Positions 1 through 10,577 of a DNA stretch of 64,000 bases are shown here, piece by piece (the stretch's first letter is position 1; each line of letters starts with the position of its first letter). The position numbers were made by a program, and so were the translations under genes. Source of the DNA: a virus (Duplodnaviria; Caudoviricetes). Location of the stretch: IMG/VR virus record IMGVR_UViG_3300021400_000062, positions 32,136 to 96,135 of that record. One strand, 5' to 3'. Under the pieces are notes generated by a model, which saw nothing but the letters and a program-made list of their open reading frames with translations, was not told the origin of the DNA and ran no database searches.

Positions 1-2607
1 CCATTTAATATTTGATAAACTATTTCCATATAGTTCATTTACGGTGAGTTCTCTATAAAGCTCTCCAATAAAAAGATATGAAGTAGTATTTTGATTTCTT
101 AATCTATCTGTTTGTCTATTACCTCCTTGGTCTGCCACATATATAGAATCATCTGTTATAACATTTGATACATATGAACTTTCTATATATCTCGTACCAT
201 TTGGGTCGTACCAATCATATACATAAGTGTTTGGTACCAACGAGTTGTATATAGAATTCAATCTCCACCTTTTCTCTAAGTCTAAGAACTGTGAATTCTT
301 ATCATCAAGTGGCGTATACCAATATATGCTATTTGATGGTATTGATGGTAATACCATTTTATTTGTATCTATTATGGCGTGTTTTCCAGTATTGTATTTT
401 ATTCTTATAGGATTATATGTAAAACCTCGTAAATTTTTCCGAAGAGATGAATGGTCATAATAATTAACACTATTTTTTGTTTCATATGCAACAACGGTAT
501 CATATTTACCATAATAAGACTTACCGTTATTTAATTTTACCAACTCATTATCATTAAATATAGAATACTGTATATTGTTTGTATATTCAAAATAACTTGT
601 ATTCTTGAAGTAATAGTTTTTGTCAGATGATATATAGTTTGAAAATACCTTCCTGCTTAATATATACTTATTTTCAAGTGTTGAGTCAGAATTATTTACA
701 TAAATCAAACTACCAGACCTTTGCCAAGGATATATTTGTAGTGAATATATGGTATTGTCAAAATCAATATTATATAAATAATCGCTTATTAGTTGGATTG
801 TATTATTGTTATCAATTATTTTCTCATTAATAGAATATTTGTTTGCTTCAACATTATTTACATCTATTCTATAATCAGAGCGAAACCTATCTATATTTAT
901 TATACCAACTATTCTAAATTTAAGATTTGAGCTATTGTTTATATAGTCATTATATGTTATTTCCGGTGAGTTAAAATTAAGTATTGATTCATCTATATAA
1001 AAATAGTTTTTCTTCTCATTAACATCTTGCAATATTAACGATTCGTTGCTTGAAATTGGTGCTCTAATACCATCATCCTCACCAATAGCACCAGAGTCTT
1101 TTAGTGAGAACTGTATTTCAGCCCTGCCGTCTGCATATTTTTTATATGTATCTGTTGATGTATAACAAGTATCAACATTAACACTCTCCATATGCCTATT
1201 AAAAGCTCTCCCGCCTCTCGGTCTTGACACCCAAGAAGCTATAGAAAAAGGGCTATTATTATACCTGTCGTAAATATTAAATACTGTGGGATTTATTACA
1301 CCTTGAGCTATAACATTTCTTGTTGATTCAGATGTTTCAGCAATAAGTAATCTATAGTTTACTATATTGTTGTTATCAAATACTTCATTAAGCTCACTAA
1401 TAGAAGATGGCTCAGTATTTATATATATCGTTGAAACAAATGTTCTCTGAGAGTCATTTATTGGCGGCATGTCTTCAACCAATAAATTTTTCACAAATAT
1501 TGGTTCGGACCATTCACCTGTATTATACTGCAACTGAACAGCAATCTTATACCACTCATTGTTCTTATATGTTCTATCAACAGATTCTATTGGAACATAT
1601 TTAATATCTACTATTTGTTGGAAGTAGTGAGCTACAGTATCTTCAAAGTCTTTTTTACTACCGTTTGTCTGTATGTTACCAAGAAACAGCACACCATCCT
1701 TATCTTCAATAGTTGATGCTATAAATGTATCACCACCTATATAATAAAGTAACGATGAATCTATCGAAGCTTGAGCTATATTGTTATCTATCACTCTAAC
1801 ACTTGTGCCATCAATCTTGTAATCACCAACTATCTGAGCATCGATTGGACCATCAATAGAACTTCTCTTTGCAGAATACACTCTTACATAATCAAAGCTT
1901 GTATCAAGATTGGAAAGCTCAAGAATAAATGACAGGTTGACTATTTCATCAGCCTTTCCACCCCTATCTTTAAATGATATATACTGAAGGTCCGTTGCAG
2001 CAACAATCTTTGTTTCTTGACCGAGCTTGTTGTAATATGATACAAAATACTGTATTACACCAGCTGGAAATTTGCCATTTCCACCATATTGTTTTGTTAC
2101 GCTTATAGATGGAAAATCATTAACGGTTGGTAAGAAATCAAAACTATCTGGCTGTGTTTCAGCCATAATATTGATTACCCTATTAGGATTTACACCATCA
2201 ACCCAGTATACTTTTATGATATCATCACGCTCATAAGAGCCTACGGTTTCTACTGGTTTTGAGAAATTGAAATAACCATTAGCAATCTCATTTATTACAA
2301 GTTTATTGCCTTCTATATAGCACCTGTAAATCCTATCGTTACCGTCTTGCTTTGTAAATAAGATAAGATATTTATCTATAATACACTTCCCTATATATGC
2401 ACCAAGTATTTCAGATTGGCTATTATTCTCATCTACTATTTCTATCTTACTTACACCCTTTTCATTAGTAACAGAAAACAGCGTGTTGTCATTAACCGCT
2501 GTAATTCTTACATTAATATTCTTGAATGCAAACTCATCCGAGGCCTTGCTAATTGATTCATCTTGCCTCATTCCTCTGTTTCTGAACTGAACAATCTTCT
2601 GTTCCAT
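1..2607 (-). CDS. Tail muzzle / stabilization protein (P22 gp10-like), C-terminus beyond the window edge
   Basis: Not in the ORF track, consistent with no stop inside the window. ATG at 2607 reads MEQKIVQFRNRGMRQDESISKASDEFAFKNINVRITAVNDNTLFSVTNEKG, the typical crAss muzzle N-terminus, directly after ring protein 1. Confidence 0.85.
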   Translation of the reverse strand, partial: MEQKIVQFRNRGMRQDESISKASDEFAFKNINVRITAVNDNTLFSVTNEKGVSKIEIVDENNSQSEILGAYIGKCIIDKYLILFTKQDGNDRIYRCYIEGNKLVINEIANGYFNFSKPVETVGSYERDDIIKVYWVDGVNPNRVINIMAETQPDSFDFLPTVNDFPSISVTKQYGGNGKFPAGVIQYFVSYYNKLGQETKIVAATDLQYISFKDRGGKADEIVNLSFILELSNLDTSFDYVRVYSAKRSSIDGPIDAQIVGDYKIDGTSVRVIDNNIAQASIDSSLLYYIGGDTFIASTIEDKDGVLFLGNIQTNGSKKDFEDTVAHYFQQIVDIKYVPIESVDRTYKNNEWYKIAVQLQYNTGEWSEPIFVKNLLVEDMPPINDSQRTFVSTIYINTEPSSISELNEVFDNNNIVNYRLLIAETSESTRNVIAQGVINPTVFNIYDRYNNSPFSIASWVSRPRGGRAFNRHMESVNVDTCYTSTDTYKKYADGRAEIQFSLKDSGAIGEDDGIRAPISSNESLILQDVNEKKNYFYIDESILNFNSPEITYNDYINNSSNLKFRIVGIINIDRFRSDYRIDVNNVEANKYSINEKIIDNNNTIQLISDYLYNIDFDNTIYSLQIYPWQRSGSLIYVNNSDSTLENKYILSRKVFSNYISSDKNYYFKNTSYFEYTNNIQYSIFNDNELVKLNNGKSYYGKYDTVVAYETKNSVNYYDHSSLRKNLRGFTYNPIRIKYNTGKHAIIDTNKMVLPSIPSNSIYWYTPLDDKNSQFLDLEKRWRLNSIYNSLVPNTYVYDWYDPNGTRYIESSYVSNVITDDSIYVADQGGNRQTDRLRNQNTTSYLFIGELYRELTVNELYGNSLSNIKW

Positions 2608-2617
2608 ATCTTAAATA

Positions 2618-3316
2618 TTAATGTTTGTTATAGAATTCCTTACTGCCAGAATCTGCATATCCCCTATAATGTGAGAACTTTCTTGGAAGAAGAGAGTTCA
2701 TTATATTACCGATGCTTTCCATCTCATCAAGTGAAGGCATCTTGAATTCATTACTGCATTGTGCAACATTAAAGCAATAATCCCTTTCAGCCCTATCAAG
2801 AACATGTTCGTTTATTTCTCCAACATCAAACAAGTCTGTATATCTCTTCCACTTAATATATGATTCAAGAGCTCTCTTATATTTCTCATTATCAGGTATA
2901 AGTGGCATTCCGCAATCATCAAGCTCTATTGCTTTGTAAGCTACCTCTATTGTACCTTGTCTCATTGGAGAAAGATAGATAACCTTCCCTCTTATAGTAT
3001 ATGTATATGGTACAGCATTAGTTTTATTTTCACTCTTATAGAACTTGTCTGTCGTGCTTCTAAAATATATAGGAGCTTGTTGATTGTTCGAGAATGTTCT
3101 AACCTGAATTATATCATAGTAATCTTCCGGAAGAACAGCCCGGTATTCCTTAACCTCAAGAGTTACAAGCTTATCTTCAAATGTTTCTGCTATACCAAGA
3201 ACTCCTTGAAACTCAACTGTCCAATCAACTATTGTTTCATCTGTAAGAGAAGCAAGAAGTTTATGATTCTTGATTCTCCCTATCATTTCATTTAAGCTTA
3301 TTGTATTTGGTTTCAT
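2618..3316 (-). CDS. Tail ring protein 1 / tail tubular protein
   Basis: 232 aa; IELDDCGMPLIPDNE..RALESYIK motif; position between IHF-like and muzzle genes. Confidence 0.75.
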   Translation of the reverse strand: MKPNTISLNEMIGRIKNHKLLASLTDETIVDWTVEFQGVLGIAETFEDKLVTLEVKEYRAVLPEDYYDIIQVRTFSNNQQAPIYFRSTTDKFYKSENKTNAVPYTYTIRGKVIYLSPMRQGTIEVAYKAIELDDCGMPLIPDNEKYKRALESYIKWKRYTDLFDVGEINEHVLDRAERDYCFNVAQCSNEFKMPSLDEMESIGNIMNSLLPRKFSHYRGYADSGSKEFYNKH

Positions 3317-3318
3317 AT

Positions 3319-3837
3319 CTAATGTATTTTTATTATTGGTATAGCATCCATCTCTCCAGCCATCTGATATTGTCTTGTTTTTAGCTTAAGACTTCTTACC
3401 GGTTTGAAATCATATATTGACTTATACTTGAACTTTGCATCACTCTTATACCAATATACATAGTAATCATATTCTGTTGGCAGCTTTACAAGTATTTTAT
3501 CTTTATATGCTTGTTCATCTTCTCTCCAAAGTTTTTTGGTTCTGCCCCAATCAACTGAATATGTATTTGTTATCTTTCCGTTCTCAAATTCAAGCTTCTT
3601 TTTTATTTTTCTTGCACCAAGCGAACCAAATCTACATGGCAATATAACCATTTTTCCTCTTGCGAGTTGCTCTGCAATAAATTCATTAAGCTCTCTTACT
3701 ACAGCCCTGTAGTCATGCTTGTTTAACTTGCCACCATCCTTCCTATATGCATTATATGTATCAATGGTTTTGAATGCAGTATTATGTAAATGCTTTGTAC
3801 CTTTCTTCTTTATACCTATACTACTCTGCTGTTCCAT
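3319..3837 (-). CDS. IHF/HU-like DNA-binding protein
   Basis: Basic 172 aa; LARGKMVILPCRFGSLGARK HU/IHF-type signature, VDWGRTKKLW; conserved crAss position. Confidence 0.75.
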   Translation of the reverse strand: MEQQSSIGIKKKGTKHLHNTAFKTIDTYNAYRKDGGKLNKHDYRAVVRELNEFIAEQLARGKMVILPCRFGSLGARKIKKKLEFENGKITNTYSVDWGRTKKLWREDEQAYKDKILVKLPTEYDYYVYWYKSDAKFKYKSIYDFKPVRSLKLKTRQYQMAGEMDAIPIIKIH

Positions 3838-4939
3838 TGCTTGGATTTTGTTGATTTACATATTGTTGCTTCATATTTCTTCTTACATAAGCAACTATAT
3901 CACTCAGGTCGTCGGTACTATTGTTGACCGAATCTTTTGGTCTGTAGGCAGCGCCGAGAATATCTCTCAATACAAGATTAACAAGCTGACTTTGAAGTGC
4001 TTCCTCAATAGGAAATTCTCTATCCCAAGGGTCGCATATACCATCACCTTCTGGACAAGTTTTTATCTTAGTTTGACCATCTTTTGTATACTTATAAGTA
4101 CAACCGGATTGCTCATAAGCTTTATCTGGATTTTCAAATATGGAAGTAATAAAAGCTGTTGTGTAGCTTGTTATATCACTGTTTGATTTTAGGTATAACT
4201 TGTTGTCTATACCAATTGTACCAAATACTTGATTCCTTGAATACTTGCTTAATCCAGCATATGGAAACCTCTCTTTGCCGACCATTTGAACATTTCCAAA
4301 AGTTCTCATTGTTGCATCATACATGTCTGGATTGCATTCAGATGTTTCTTGTGATGCAATTTGATATATAGACAAATCAAAATACTTTGGAAGCTTCGAA
4401 TATATCATACTGATTATATCCTGAACATCCTCTTTGCATTTTGTTGAATAGATATCTTCTATTGTTTTTGGCAATGTATCTATATCAGATATTTGTAATG
4501 CAGTATCACCGACAAGTTTATTCAGATACTCACAGAATTCATTATCTTGTTCTTCTGTTTGTCCAATACTATTATATGCATCAACAGATATTGTGAACTC
4601 GCCAGCACATCTAACAAGAGTTGCTTTTGTATCACTGAATGTAAGAACTTCAGATAGTTTATTTGATGACTTGAGCATATAAGAACTATCTGGATTACAT
4701 TTACTATTGCAGCAAGGATTTCCAGCAGAACCACTATTTGTTGGCTCAACCTTTGCACATATTGTTTGATAGTTACTTGATGGTATCTCCTGTGCTTTAT
4801 TTAGATACTTCTGCTTAAGAAGGTATGCCCTATATATATTAAGAAGGAATGCTATGTGTCTGTAAGTTAAGGTATCATCATCACTGACCTGTTTCGCAAG
4901 GTCTGCAACCATAACTATAAGCTCTCTATATGTGCTCAT
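3821..4939 (-). CDS. Tail ring protein 2-like
   Basis: MSTYRELI..YRAYLLKQKY N-terminus, IFENP and EFPIEEAL..PKDSVNN C-terminus. Confidence 0.7.
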   Translation of the reverse strand: MSTYRELIVMVADLAKQVSDDDTLTYRHIAFLLNIYRAYLLKQKYLNKAQEIPSSNYQTICAKVEPTNSGSAGNPCCNSKCNPDSSYMLKSSNKLSEVLTFSDTKATLVRCAGEFTISVDAYNSIGQTEEQDNEFCEYLNKLVGDTALQISDIDTLPKTIEDIYSTKCKEDVQDIISMIYSKLPKYFDLSIYQIASQETSECNPDMYDATMRTFGNVQMVGKERFPYAGLSKYSRNQVFGTIGIDNKLYLKSNSDITSYTTAFITSIFENPDKAYEQSGCTYKYTKDGQTKIKTCPEGDGICDPWDREFPIEEALQSQLVNLVLRDILGAAYRPKDSVNNSTDDLSDIVAYVRRNMKQQYVNQQNPSNGTAE

Positions 4940-4970
4940 AAGATAAAAATATACTTAAAGTCCTTGATAG

Positions 4971-5002
4971 CAAAGATATAGAATTTATCTTTAGCCACCA
5001 AG
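4971..5002 (-). promoter_or_regulatory. Bacteroidota sigma-A type promoter inside an inverted repeat
   Basis: TATCTTTG (4971-4978), 20-nt spacer, CTTG -33 box; flanked by 13-bp IR 4954-4966/4999-5011. Confidence 0.65.
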
Positions 5003-5029
5003 GACTTTAAGAAATTATTAAGATGCTAA

Positions 5030-5947
5030 TTAAGCAATCTTTGGAAGAGCATTAACAGCAGTTGCAATGGTTGTGAGTGTAGCCTTGCTTGCTTCTGGAG
5101 TTACAAAGATAGCATCACGCTCACTCTTCTGAACTTCATCATTGCCACCAACAAATGCATAATGAACAGCAAGAACAGCATATCCAGTAGCATCGCTTGC
5201 ATTTACATAGAGGTCTGGCTTGATGTTGTCTGGCCAACCAGCAAGAGCATTGGAGTTTCCTCTTTCACCCTTTGCAAAGAGCTCAAGGTCTGCAATCTTG
5301 TGGGTGTTAGGAATCGTTGTGTTGCCCTCTGCAAACTGCTTTGTTACAAGCCAATCATTATCCTCTGCGCCAGAAACGATTATTGGTGTTGTACCAACCT
5401 CAATTGTTGCAGTTGTTTCGGGGAAAGAACCAAGCTCCCAAGTAGGAGTAGCCTCAACAAGCTTGAAGCCAGCAGAGAAATCGGTGGATGCATCCTCAAG
5501 TGTAGCCTTGCTTGTTACCTTGCTGCCATCAACATAGATATCAAACAGTGGCTCTACCTCAACACCTCTCTGGAGCCAAGCATTGATAGCAAGGGCCCTA
5601 TAAAGGTCTGTATCGGTTGTACTCTTTGCTTTTGCAGCAATAATCTTTGTGGTAACATCCTCTTGACCAAAGCCACGGAATGTGAGACCAATAATATACT
5701 CCTGACCAGCAATCACCTTTCCATTTTTAACCGTGATTGTAAGCTCCTTGAGCTTCTTTGTGTCATCACCAGCAGCAACAACTGCCGCAGTACCAATTAC
5801 ATTCTTGATAACATCGGTGGTTTCAATCTTACCATCAGCATGAGTGATAGCATACTGAACGGCACCAGAAGGAGCAATGTTACTACCAAGAGTAGCACCT
5901 GTCTCAAGAACGTAGAGCTGAATTACTTGATTTGTAGAAAAGTTCAT
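5030..5947 (-). CDS. Auxiliary capsid (decoration) protein
   Basis: MNFSTNQVIQLYV N-terminus, IADLELFAKGERG motif; synteny downstream of MCP. Confidence 0.7.
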   Translation of the reverse strand: MNFSTNQVIQLYVLETGATLGSNIAPSGAVQYAITHADGKIETTDVIKNVIGTAAVVAAGDDTKKLKELTITVKNGKVIAGQEYIIGLTFRGFGQEDVTTKIIAAKAKSTTDTDLYRALAINAWLQRGVEVEPLFDIYVDGSKVTSKATLEDASTDFSAGFKLVEATPTWELGSFPETTATIEVGTTPIIVSGAEDNDWLVTKQFAEGNTTIPNTHKIADLELFAKGERGNSNALAGWPDNIKPDLYVNASDATGYAVLAVHYAFVGGNDEVQKSERDAIFVTPEASKATLTTIATAVNALPKIA

Positions 5948-5982
5948 AATACTTAAGTATTTTTATTTGTTATAACTTTGTT

Positions 5983-6672
5983 TTATGCCCAAGCAGCTTT
6001 TGCAAGCTGTACGGCTTTGATTAAAATAGTTCTATGTAAAGATTCTGGCAGGTCTGGACAAACATTGGTTTTATACTCACTCCAAGTAATAGAATTTGGA
6101 AGAACCCACTTATCTGGTACACTACTCTGCGTGAAGTTGTCAAGATAAATCTTTGATGGTTGTGCAAGATACCTTACAGAATAACCTTGAAGTGCTGTTT
6201 TATCATCACAATACAATTGGATTGTATCTCCAATCAATACCCTAAGAACAGTTCTTCTGTCTGGCTTCCTGAAAGGATTATCCATAGCTTTTGCAAACTC
6301 ATTATGGGTGATTGCTGTTACTGGAACATAATATGATTTATTACAATCATCTCTTTTAAGCTTTGCTTGCTCATAGACTATAAACCAGCACTTTGGTTCC
6401 ATGTCAGACATATCGAAGTTATACTGTTGACCACCTGTTTCAGATGAGTCTATGGTATAGTTTGTTTGATATGTAAGCTTTTGAAGATATTGCATAACCT
6501 CTTCATTAGCTTCATATGGCCCAGAACTACCAGAGTATAAATCTTTTATTACCAGCTCTTTAGCTTGAGTTAACAATATACTCTTCTCCAAGGAGTTAAG
6601 TCCCGGAGCTTGATTTGATTGTATATTGTTATAGAGTATATCGAACTCTACGCTAAATTCATCGGCTGACAT
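5983..6672 (-). CDS. Tail ring protein 3/4-like
   Basis: EFDILYNNIQSNQAPGL..EKS, NPFRKP, LPESLHRTILIKAVQLA motifs. Confidence 0.7.
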   Translation of the reverse strand: MSADEFSVEFDILYNNIQSNQAPGLNSLEKSILLTQAKELVIKDLYSGSSGPYEANEEVMQYLQKLTYQTNYTIDSSETGGQQYNFDMSDMEPKCWFIVYEQAKLKRDDCNKSYYVPVTAITHNEFAKAMDNPFRKPDRRTVLRVLIGDTIQLYCDDKTALQGYSVRYLAQPSKIYLDNFTQSSVPDKWVLPNSITWSEYKTNVCPDLPESLHRTILIKAVQLAKAAWA

Positions 6673-6678
6673 ATAAAA

Positions 6679-7659
6679 CTACTTTAATCTACCTTGAATA
6701 GAAAACAGGATTTCCTGATTCTTTGGATTTGAAACATATCTTGCTGCTACTGTAATGGTAGGATTTTCATCCTTTCCACACATGGGAGTATTGTTGTAAT
6801 AGTAGTAATCACCACGAAGTTCAACAACATTTGACTCAACAGCTTCCTTGAGCAAGGCTTTATACTGAAGAAGAGGGTCTGTTACTACACTCAAGAATTC
6901 TCTTGCATTTGATTCAATCAAATCAGATACTCTATTCTGCAAATACTCAAGTTGTATATCACCACCAACTCTTTCTCCGGTCATAGATTCAAGTATAGAT
7001 TTCAGAACATTGGGTTTGCTTTCAATCTTGAGATATTCCTTCCAGCATTTTGACCTTGTTGTAGCCTTCTCTGCATTTGCTGTATATTGCTCCTTATCAG
7101 ATACAAGCACATACTTATAGGTTGCTTTTGGCATCAACTTAAGCTCTTCAAGTGACGGGCAGATAGTATCTGTATTCATAAGAAGAATCTTATAATTGAT
7201 ATATCCCATTGGTGTTGAAAGGTCAAGCACCGTTCCCTTCTTTTGTACTATAACCTGTCTGTTTGTCCAGAAATTTTCTTGTGGTCTCTTGTGAATACTC
7301 AAAGCATTTGGCTCAAGCCCCATATAATCTTCAAGAAAATCTTTCTCAAGTTTTGTAAGAGGATTCTTGAGTTCTCCATTCCTGAGCTTTGGTACAACAA
7401 ATGTGGCTGTAGTCCCATCTGCCATGCCATCAGAAAGAGGGTGATTGCTATCTGTAATCCACTCAATTTTCTTCTTTACAAGCACCACATTTACAAGTTC
7501 TTTTCTCAGACAATTTACAAGCTCTTCATCATTAACTGTTTCGGTCTTTTTTCTCCTACCAGCTTTCTGTTTTGTCTCTTCCTTTTCAGTTGTTTGAACC
7601 GGCTCGAACTGCATTTCGAGGTCTTCTGGTTCCATAATCAAATTAACTTCTTCTCCCAT
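6679..7659 (-). CDS. Conserved crAss protein following MCP (gp75-like), function unknown
   Basis: 326 aa; NFW..LDLSTPMGYINYKILL motif; synteny. Confidence 0.65.
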   Translation of the reverse strand: MGEEVNLIMEPEDLEMQFEPVQTTEKEETKQKAGRRKKTETVNDEELVNCLRKELVNVVLVKKKIEWITDSNHPLSDGMADGTTATFVVPKLRNGELKNPLTKLEKDFLEDYMGLEPNALSIHKRPQENFWTNRQVIVQKKGTVLDLSTPMGYINYKILLMNTDTICPSLEELKLMPKATYKYVLVSDKEQYTANAEKATTRSKCWKEYLKIESKPNVLKSILESMTGERVGGDIQLEYLQNRVSDLIESNAREFLSVVTDPLLQYKALLKEAVESNVVELRGDYYYYNNTPMCGKDENPTITVAARYVSNPKNQEILFSIQGRLK

Positions 7660-7677
7660 TTTCTATTCATTTATTGT

Positions 7678-7709
7678 TAAATAAAAGGGGTGAGGGTTAC
7701 TCACCCCTA
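7678..7709 (-). terminator. Intrinsic terminator after MCP
   Basis: AGGGGTGAG/CTCACCCCT 9-bp stem followed by U-rich tract on minus strand. Confidence 0.75.
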
Positions 7710-7716
7710 TATAATA

Positions 7717-9255
7717 TTAGGCTGCAAGAACGGCAGGAATCATAGAGAATACTTTGGTTACATCACGAACCACAGCACCAAATGTTCCAAGCACATGCAC
7801 AGAAGCCTTATCATCAGTGTAGCTCATGTTAGGATTGCCCCACTGACCGGTGAATGGATTGCGAGGACCCCACATGTAAGAACGAGCATCAACAGGCTGA
7901 CCTTCAATACCACAACGGTAAACATTAGGCTCATTGTTGTTACCCATATCATACACATCGAAGCGAGCAGCACTTGCAAGTGTGCCATCTTCCATCAGCA
8001 TCTTGTTGTTAACAGGGTCATCCTTCTGGGTATCAAGAACAACATCAAGAACAATGCCCATAGGCCCAGAGTAACGAGTGAACTGATAACCAGCAGAAAG
8101 TGCTGTCTCGTGCATAGGAGAAGATGTCTTCTTAACCACGCCAAGACCATCACCATTGAACTGGAACTCGGTCCAACCACTCATAGCATTGCGAACAGCA
8201 TTGCTGAACAGTCTTGCACCAGCCTCACCTGTATGGAGAGCAAAGTGTCTTCCCTGACCAAGCTCAATCTTTGCAGAGCTGATACGGAGAAGTGCATCCT
8301 CAAGAACCTTCAGGGAGAAGTCATTGTAGTAAACAACATTACCTCTCTCAAGCTGTGCAAGAATACCATCACCCTGCTTGATAACTTCACCGGAAACACC
8401 AAAGTTCATGTACTCACCATTGGACTTGCGGTTGGCAACAGAATAATAGTAAACATTATTCTTATACTCGCTCCAAGTCTGTGAAAATACATAATCCCAG
8501 TAGTGCATCCATACGAAGCCACCATTTTCTGGTGTAACCTTTACCTGCTTACCAGAGGCATCCATCCTTGCAATGGTAGCACCAATGGCAACCTTCTTGT
8601 TATAAACATCACCAGAAGCCTCATCGTGCAAACGAATCATAGTAAACTCGTTGCGAGCCTTCATAGGTGCAGAGTGTCTTACACCACCAACCTCCTTGGA
8701 GAGCCCCCTCTCAACTGGTGCATAAGCATAGCTGAATCTCTCACCGGGCTGGAGCCTATCCCAAGGCAGACCATCGTTGGAACCGTTAATACTCTCACAT
8801 TCATAGAGATATTTGGAACCATAAGCCTTTGGGTCATCCTTAATTCTTAATGGATAAATCTGATTGAGATTACCCATAATAACCTCGCCCTTGAAGAAGT
8901 AGGCCTCATCAAACAGAAGGAAGAGCACCTTTCCATTGGCACCAGCATTGCCTCCGTTGCTGGAAACTGCTGTTGTGCCATCCTCATAGAAAGCCTTTAC
9001 AAGAGGAATGTTCCTACGAGCAGAACCATAAACATCCCAAGTAATCTCGCTATCATCAGCAAACATCTTGGTAGGGAACTTGGAAAGCTCGGAATCAATG
9101 GACTGACCAAAATTCCTTGCCATTACCTGAGTGAAGAACTCAGAAACTACATTTTGGTTCTGGCCACCAAGCATACTGATGTGGTTTGCTTTGGTGATAA
9201 TAGAACTCCAACCTGTAAAGCCTCTGGTCTGAAATTTTGAAAATCTAACTGCCAT
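7717..9255 (-). CDS. Major capsid protein
   Basis: 512 aa; KFQ..FTGW..TK.NH start, GLPWDRLQPGERFS, IKQGDGI..Q, HTGEAG, GPRNPFTG motifs of crAss MCPs. Confidence 0.9.
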   Translation of the reverse strand: MAVRFSKFQTRGFTGWSSIITKANHISMLGGQNQNVVSEFFTQVMARNFGQSIDSELSKFPTKMFADDSEITWDVYGSARRNIPLVKAFYEDGTTAVSSNGGNAGANGKVLFLLFDEAYFFKGEVIMGNLNQIYPLRIKDDPKAYGSKYLYECESINGSNDGLPWDRLQPGERFSYAYAPVERGLSKEVGGVRHSAPMKARNEFTMIRLHDEASGDVYNKKVAIGATIARMDASGKQVKVTPENGGFVWMHYWDYVFSQTWSEYKNNVYYYSVANRKSNGEYMNFGVSGEVIKQGDGILAQLERGNVVYYNDFSLKVLEDALLRISSAKIELGQGRHFALHTGEAGARLFSNAVRNAMSGWTEFQFNGDGLGVVKKTSSPMHETALSAGYQFTRYSGPMGIVLDVVLDTQKDDPVNNKMLMEDGTLASAARFDVYDMGNNNEPNVYRCGIEGQPVDARSYMWGPRNPFTGQWGNPNMSYTDDKASVHVLGTFGAVVRDVTKVFSMIPAVLAA

Positions 9256-9285
9256 AACGACTTGATTAATTATTAATTATTTTAG

Positions 9286-10464
9286 TTAAAGTATTATCTG
9301 CCAAGTCTGTTCTCCTGAACCATAATTACCACCTTTCCCACCAACAAGATTAAGTGTTCCATCAGTGTTCCTTGCAGTACTGTTCAAGGTTCTCTCAAGA
9401 GCAGATATCTCCTTTTTTCTAACCTCTTTACTAACAGATTCCTTTACTTTGTCAAGCGATTTGAATCCATCAGTAATAACATAGAAGTATGCCAAATACT
9501 TTCTGAAATCTGCCGGATTTTCATCAGCATATTTTTGCAGAGCACTTATTGGTCTGCCTTGCTTATCCTTCCCGACAGGTCTGTTGATAGCATCAAAAAT
9601 CTTTTGTCTGGTTGCCTTGTCAACCTTAATCTCTCCAAATGATTTCTCATCTTCAAGAATAGATTTCTTCAGCTTTTCAGCATCCTTCTTTCTGTCCTCA
9701 ACAGCTTTCTCATACTCAGCTTTTCTCGCATTGAACTCTTCGTCATACTTGGCTTTATAAAACTTTTTGTTTGACTCAAGAGCATCTTTTGCTTCTTCAA
9801 TATCAGTGCTGTTTTCAAAGATTTTTTGAACCTTTTCCTTTGCTCTGTCTTCCGAGAAACCCCTATTAATCAAGTCTGTATAAATCAGATTCTTTCTAAG
9901 GTTTTCCCCTTCTTCAGTTTCAGCATTAATATCTTCTTCCTTAATACTGTCGAGATTTTTTAGACTGTTTTCAAAGACCTGAATATCCGATGGTTCCATA
10001 CCATAAGTAAGAGCATCGTTTATTCTCTTTTCTGTTTCTCCCAATCTGTTTGTTACAGTCTCTTCCAACTTTTCCTTGATGAAATCCTCAAAGTCGTTAG
10101 CATTGTCAATCTTTGAAAGTCTTTCATCATCTGCATCTGAAAAAAGGGGAACACCATCTACCTTAAATGCCGAGGCAATGGAAGAGTAGGTATTGGGAGA
10201 AGTACCTTCAGCTTGGCTTCCGGTGCTCCCTGTTTCTTTTTCAGACTTATCGCCACCTACGCTCTCCAGTTCAAGATTTGCAGCATCAAGAACTTCAGTA
10301 GCCTCGTTTTCAATGAACTCTTGTTTTTCTTCTTTCTTTTCTTCCTCTTTGTGCTCCGGCTCCTTGACTTCTTCTTTTGTTTTTTCTGGCTCTACAACCT
10401 TGTTGTCAAGCTCCAAATCGCTGGCATCGAGGACATTTTCCATTGATAAATTAAATTCTTCCAT
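9286..10464 (-). CDS. Putative capsid scaffolding protein (gp77-like)
   Basis: Acidic helical 392 aa directly upstream of MCP; YVITDGFK motif. Confidence 0.7.
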   Translation of the reverse strand: MEEFNLSMENVLDASDLELDNKVVEPEKTKEEVKEPEHKEEEKKEEKQEFIENEATEVLDAANLELESVGGDKSEKETGSTGSQAEGTSPNTYSSIASAFKVDGVPLFSDADDERLSKIDNANDFEDFIKEKLEETVTNRLGETEKRINDALTYGMEPSDIQVFENSLKNLDSIKEEDINAETEEGENLRKNLIYTDLINRGFSEDRAKEKVQKIFENSTDIEEAKDALESNKKFYKAKYDEEFNARKAEYEKAVEDRKKDAEKLKKSILEDEKSFGEIKVDKATRQKIFDAINRPVGKDKQGRPISALQKYADENPADFRKYLAYFYVITDGFKSLDKVKESVSKEVRKKEISALERTLNSTARNTDGTLNLVGGKGGNYGSGEQTWQIIL

Positions 10465-10489
10465 ATTGTTTCTCCATTTAATTTTGTAA

Positions 10490-10521
10490 CAAAAGTATCT
10501 AAAATAGCAAGAAAGGTCAAC
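10490..10521 (-). promoter_or_regulatory. Promoter for scaffold-MCP operon
   Basis: TACTTTTG (10490-10497) with GTTG 20 nt upstream. Confidence 0.6.
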
Positions 10522-10577
10522 AAGATTAAAATAATGTTAATCTTTGTTTAACACAATCTTAATCTTGAAGACCAAAA

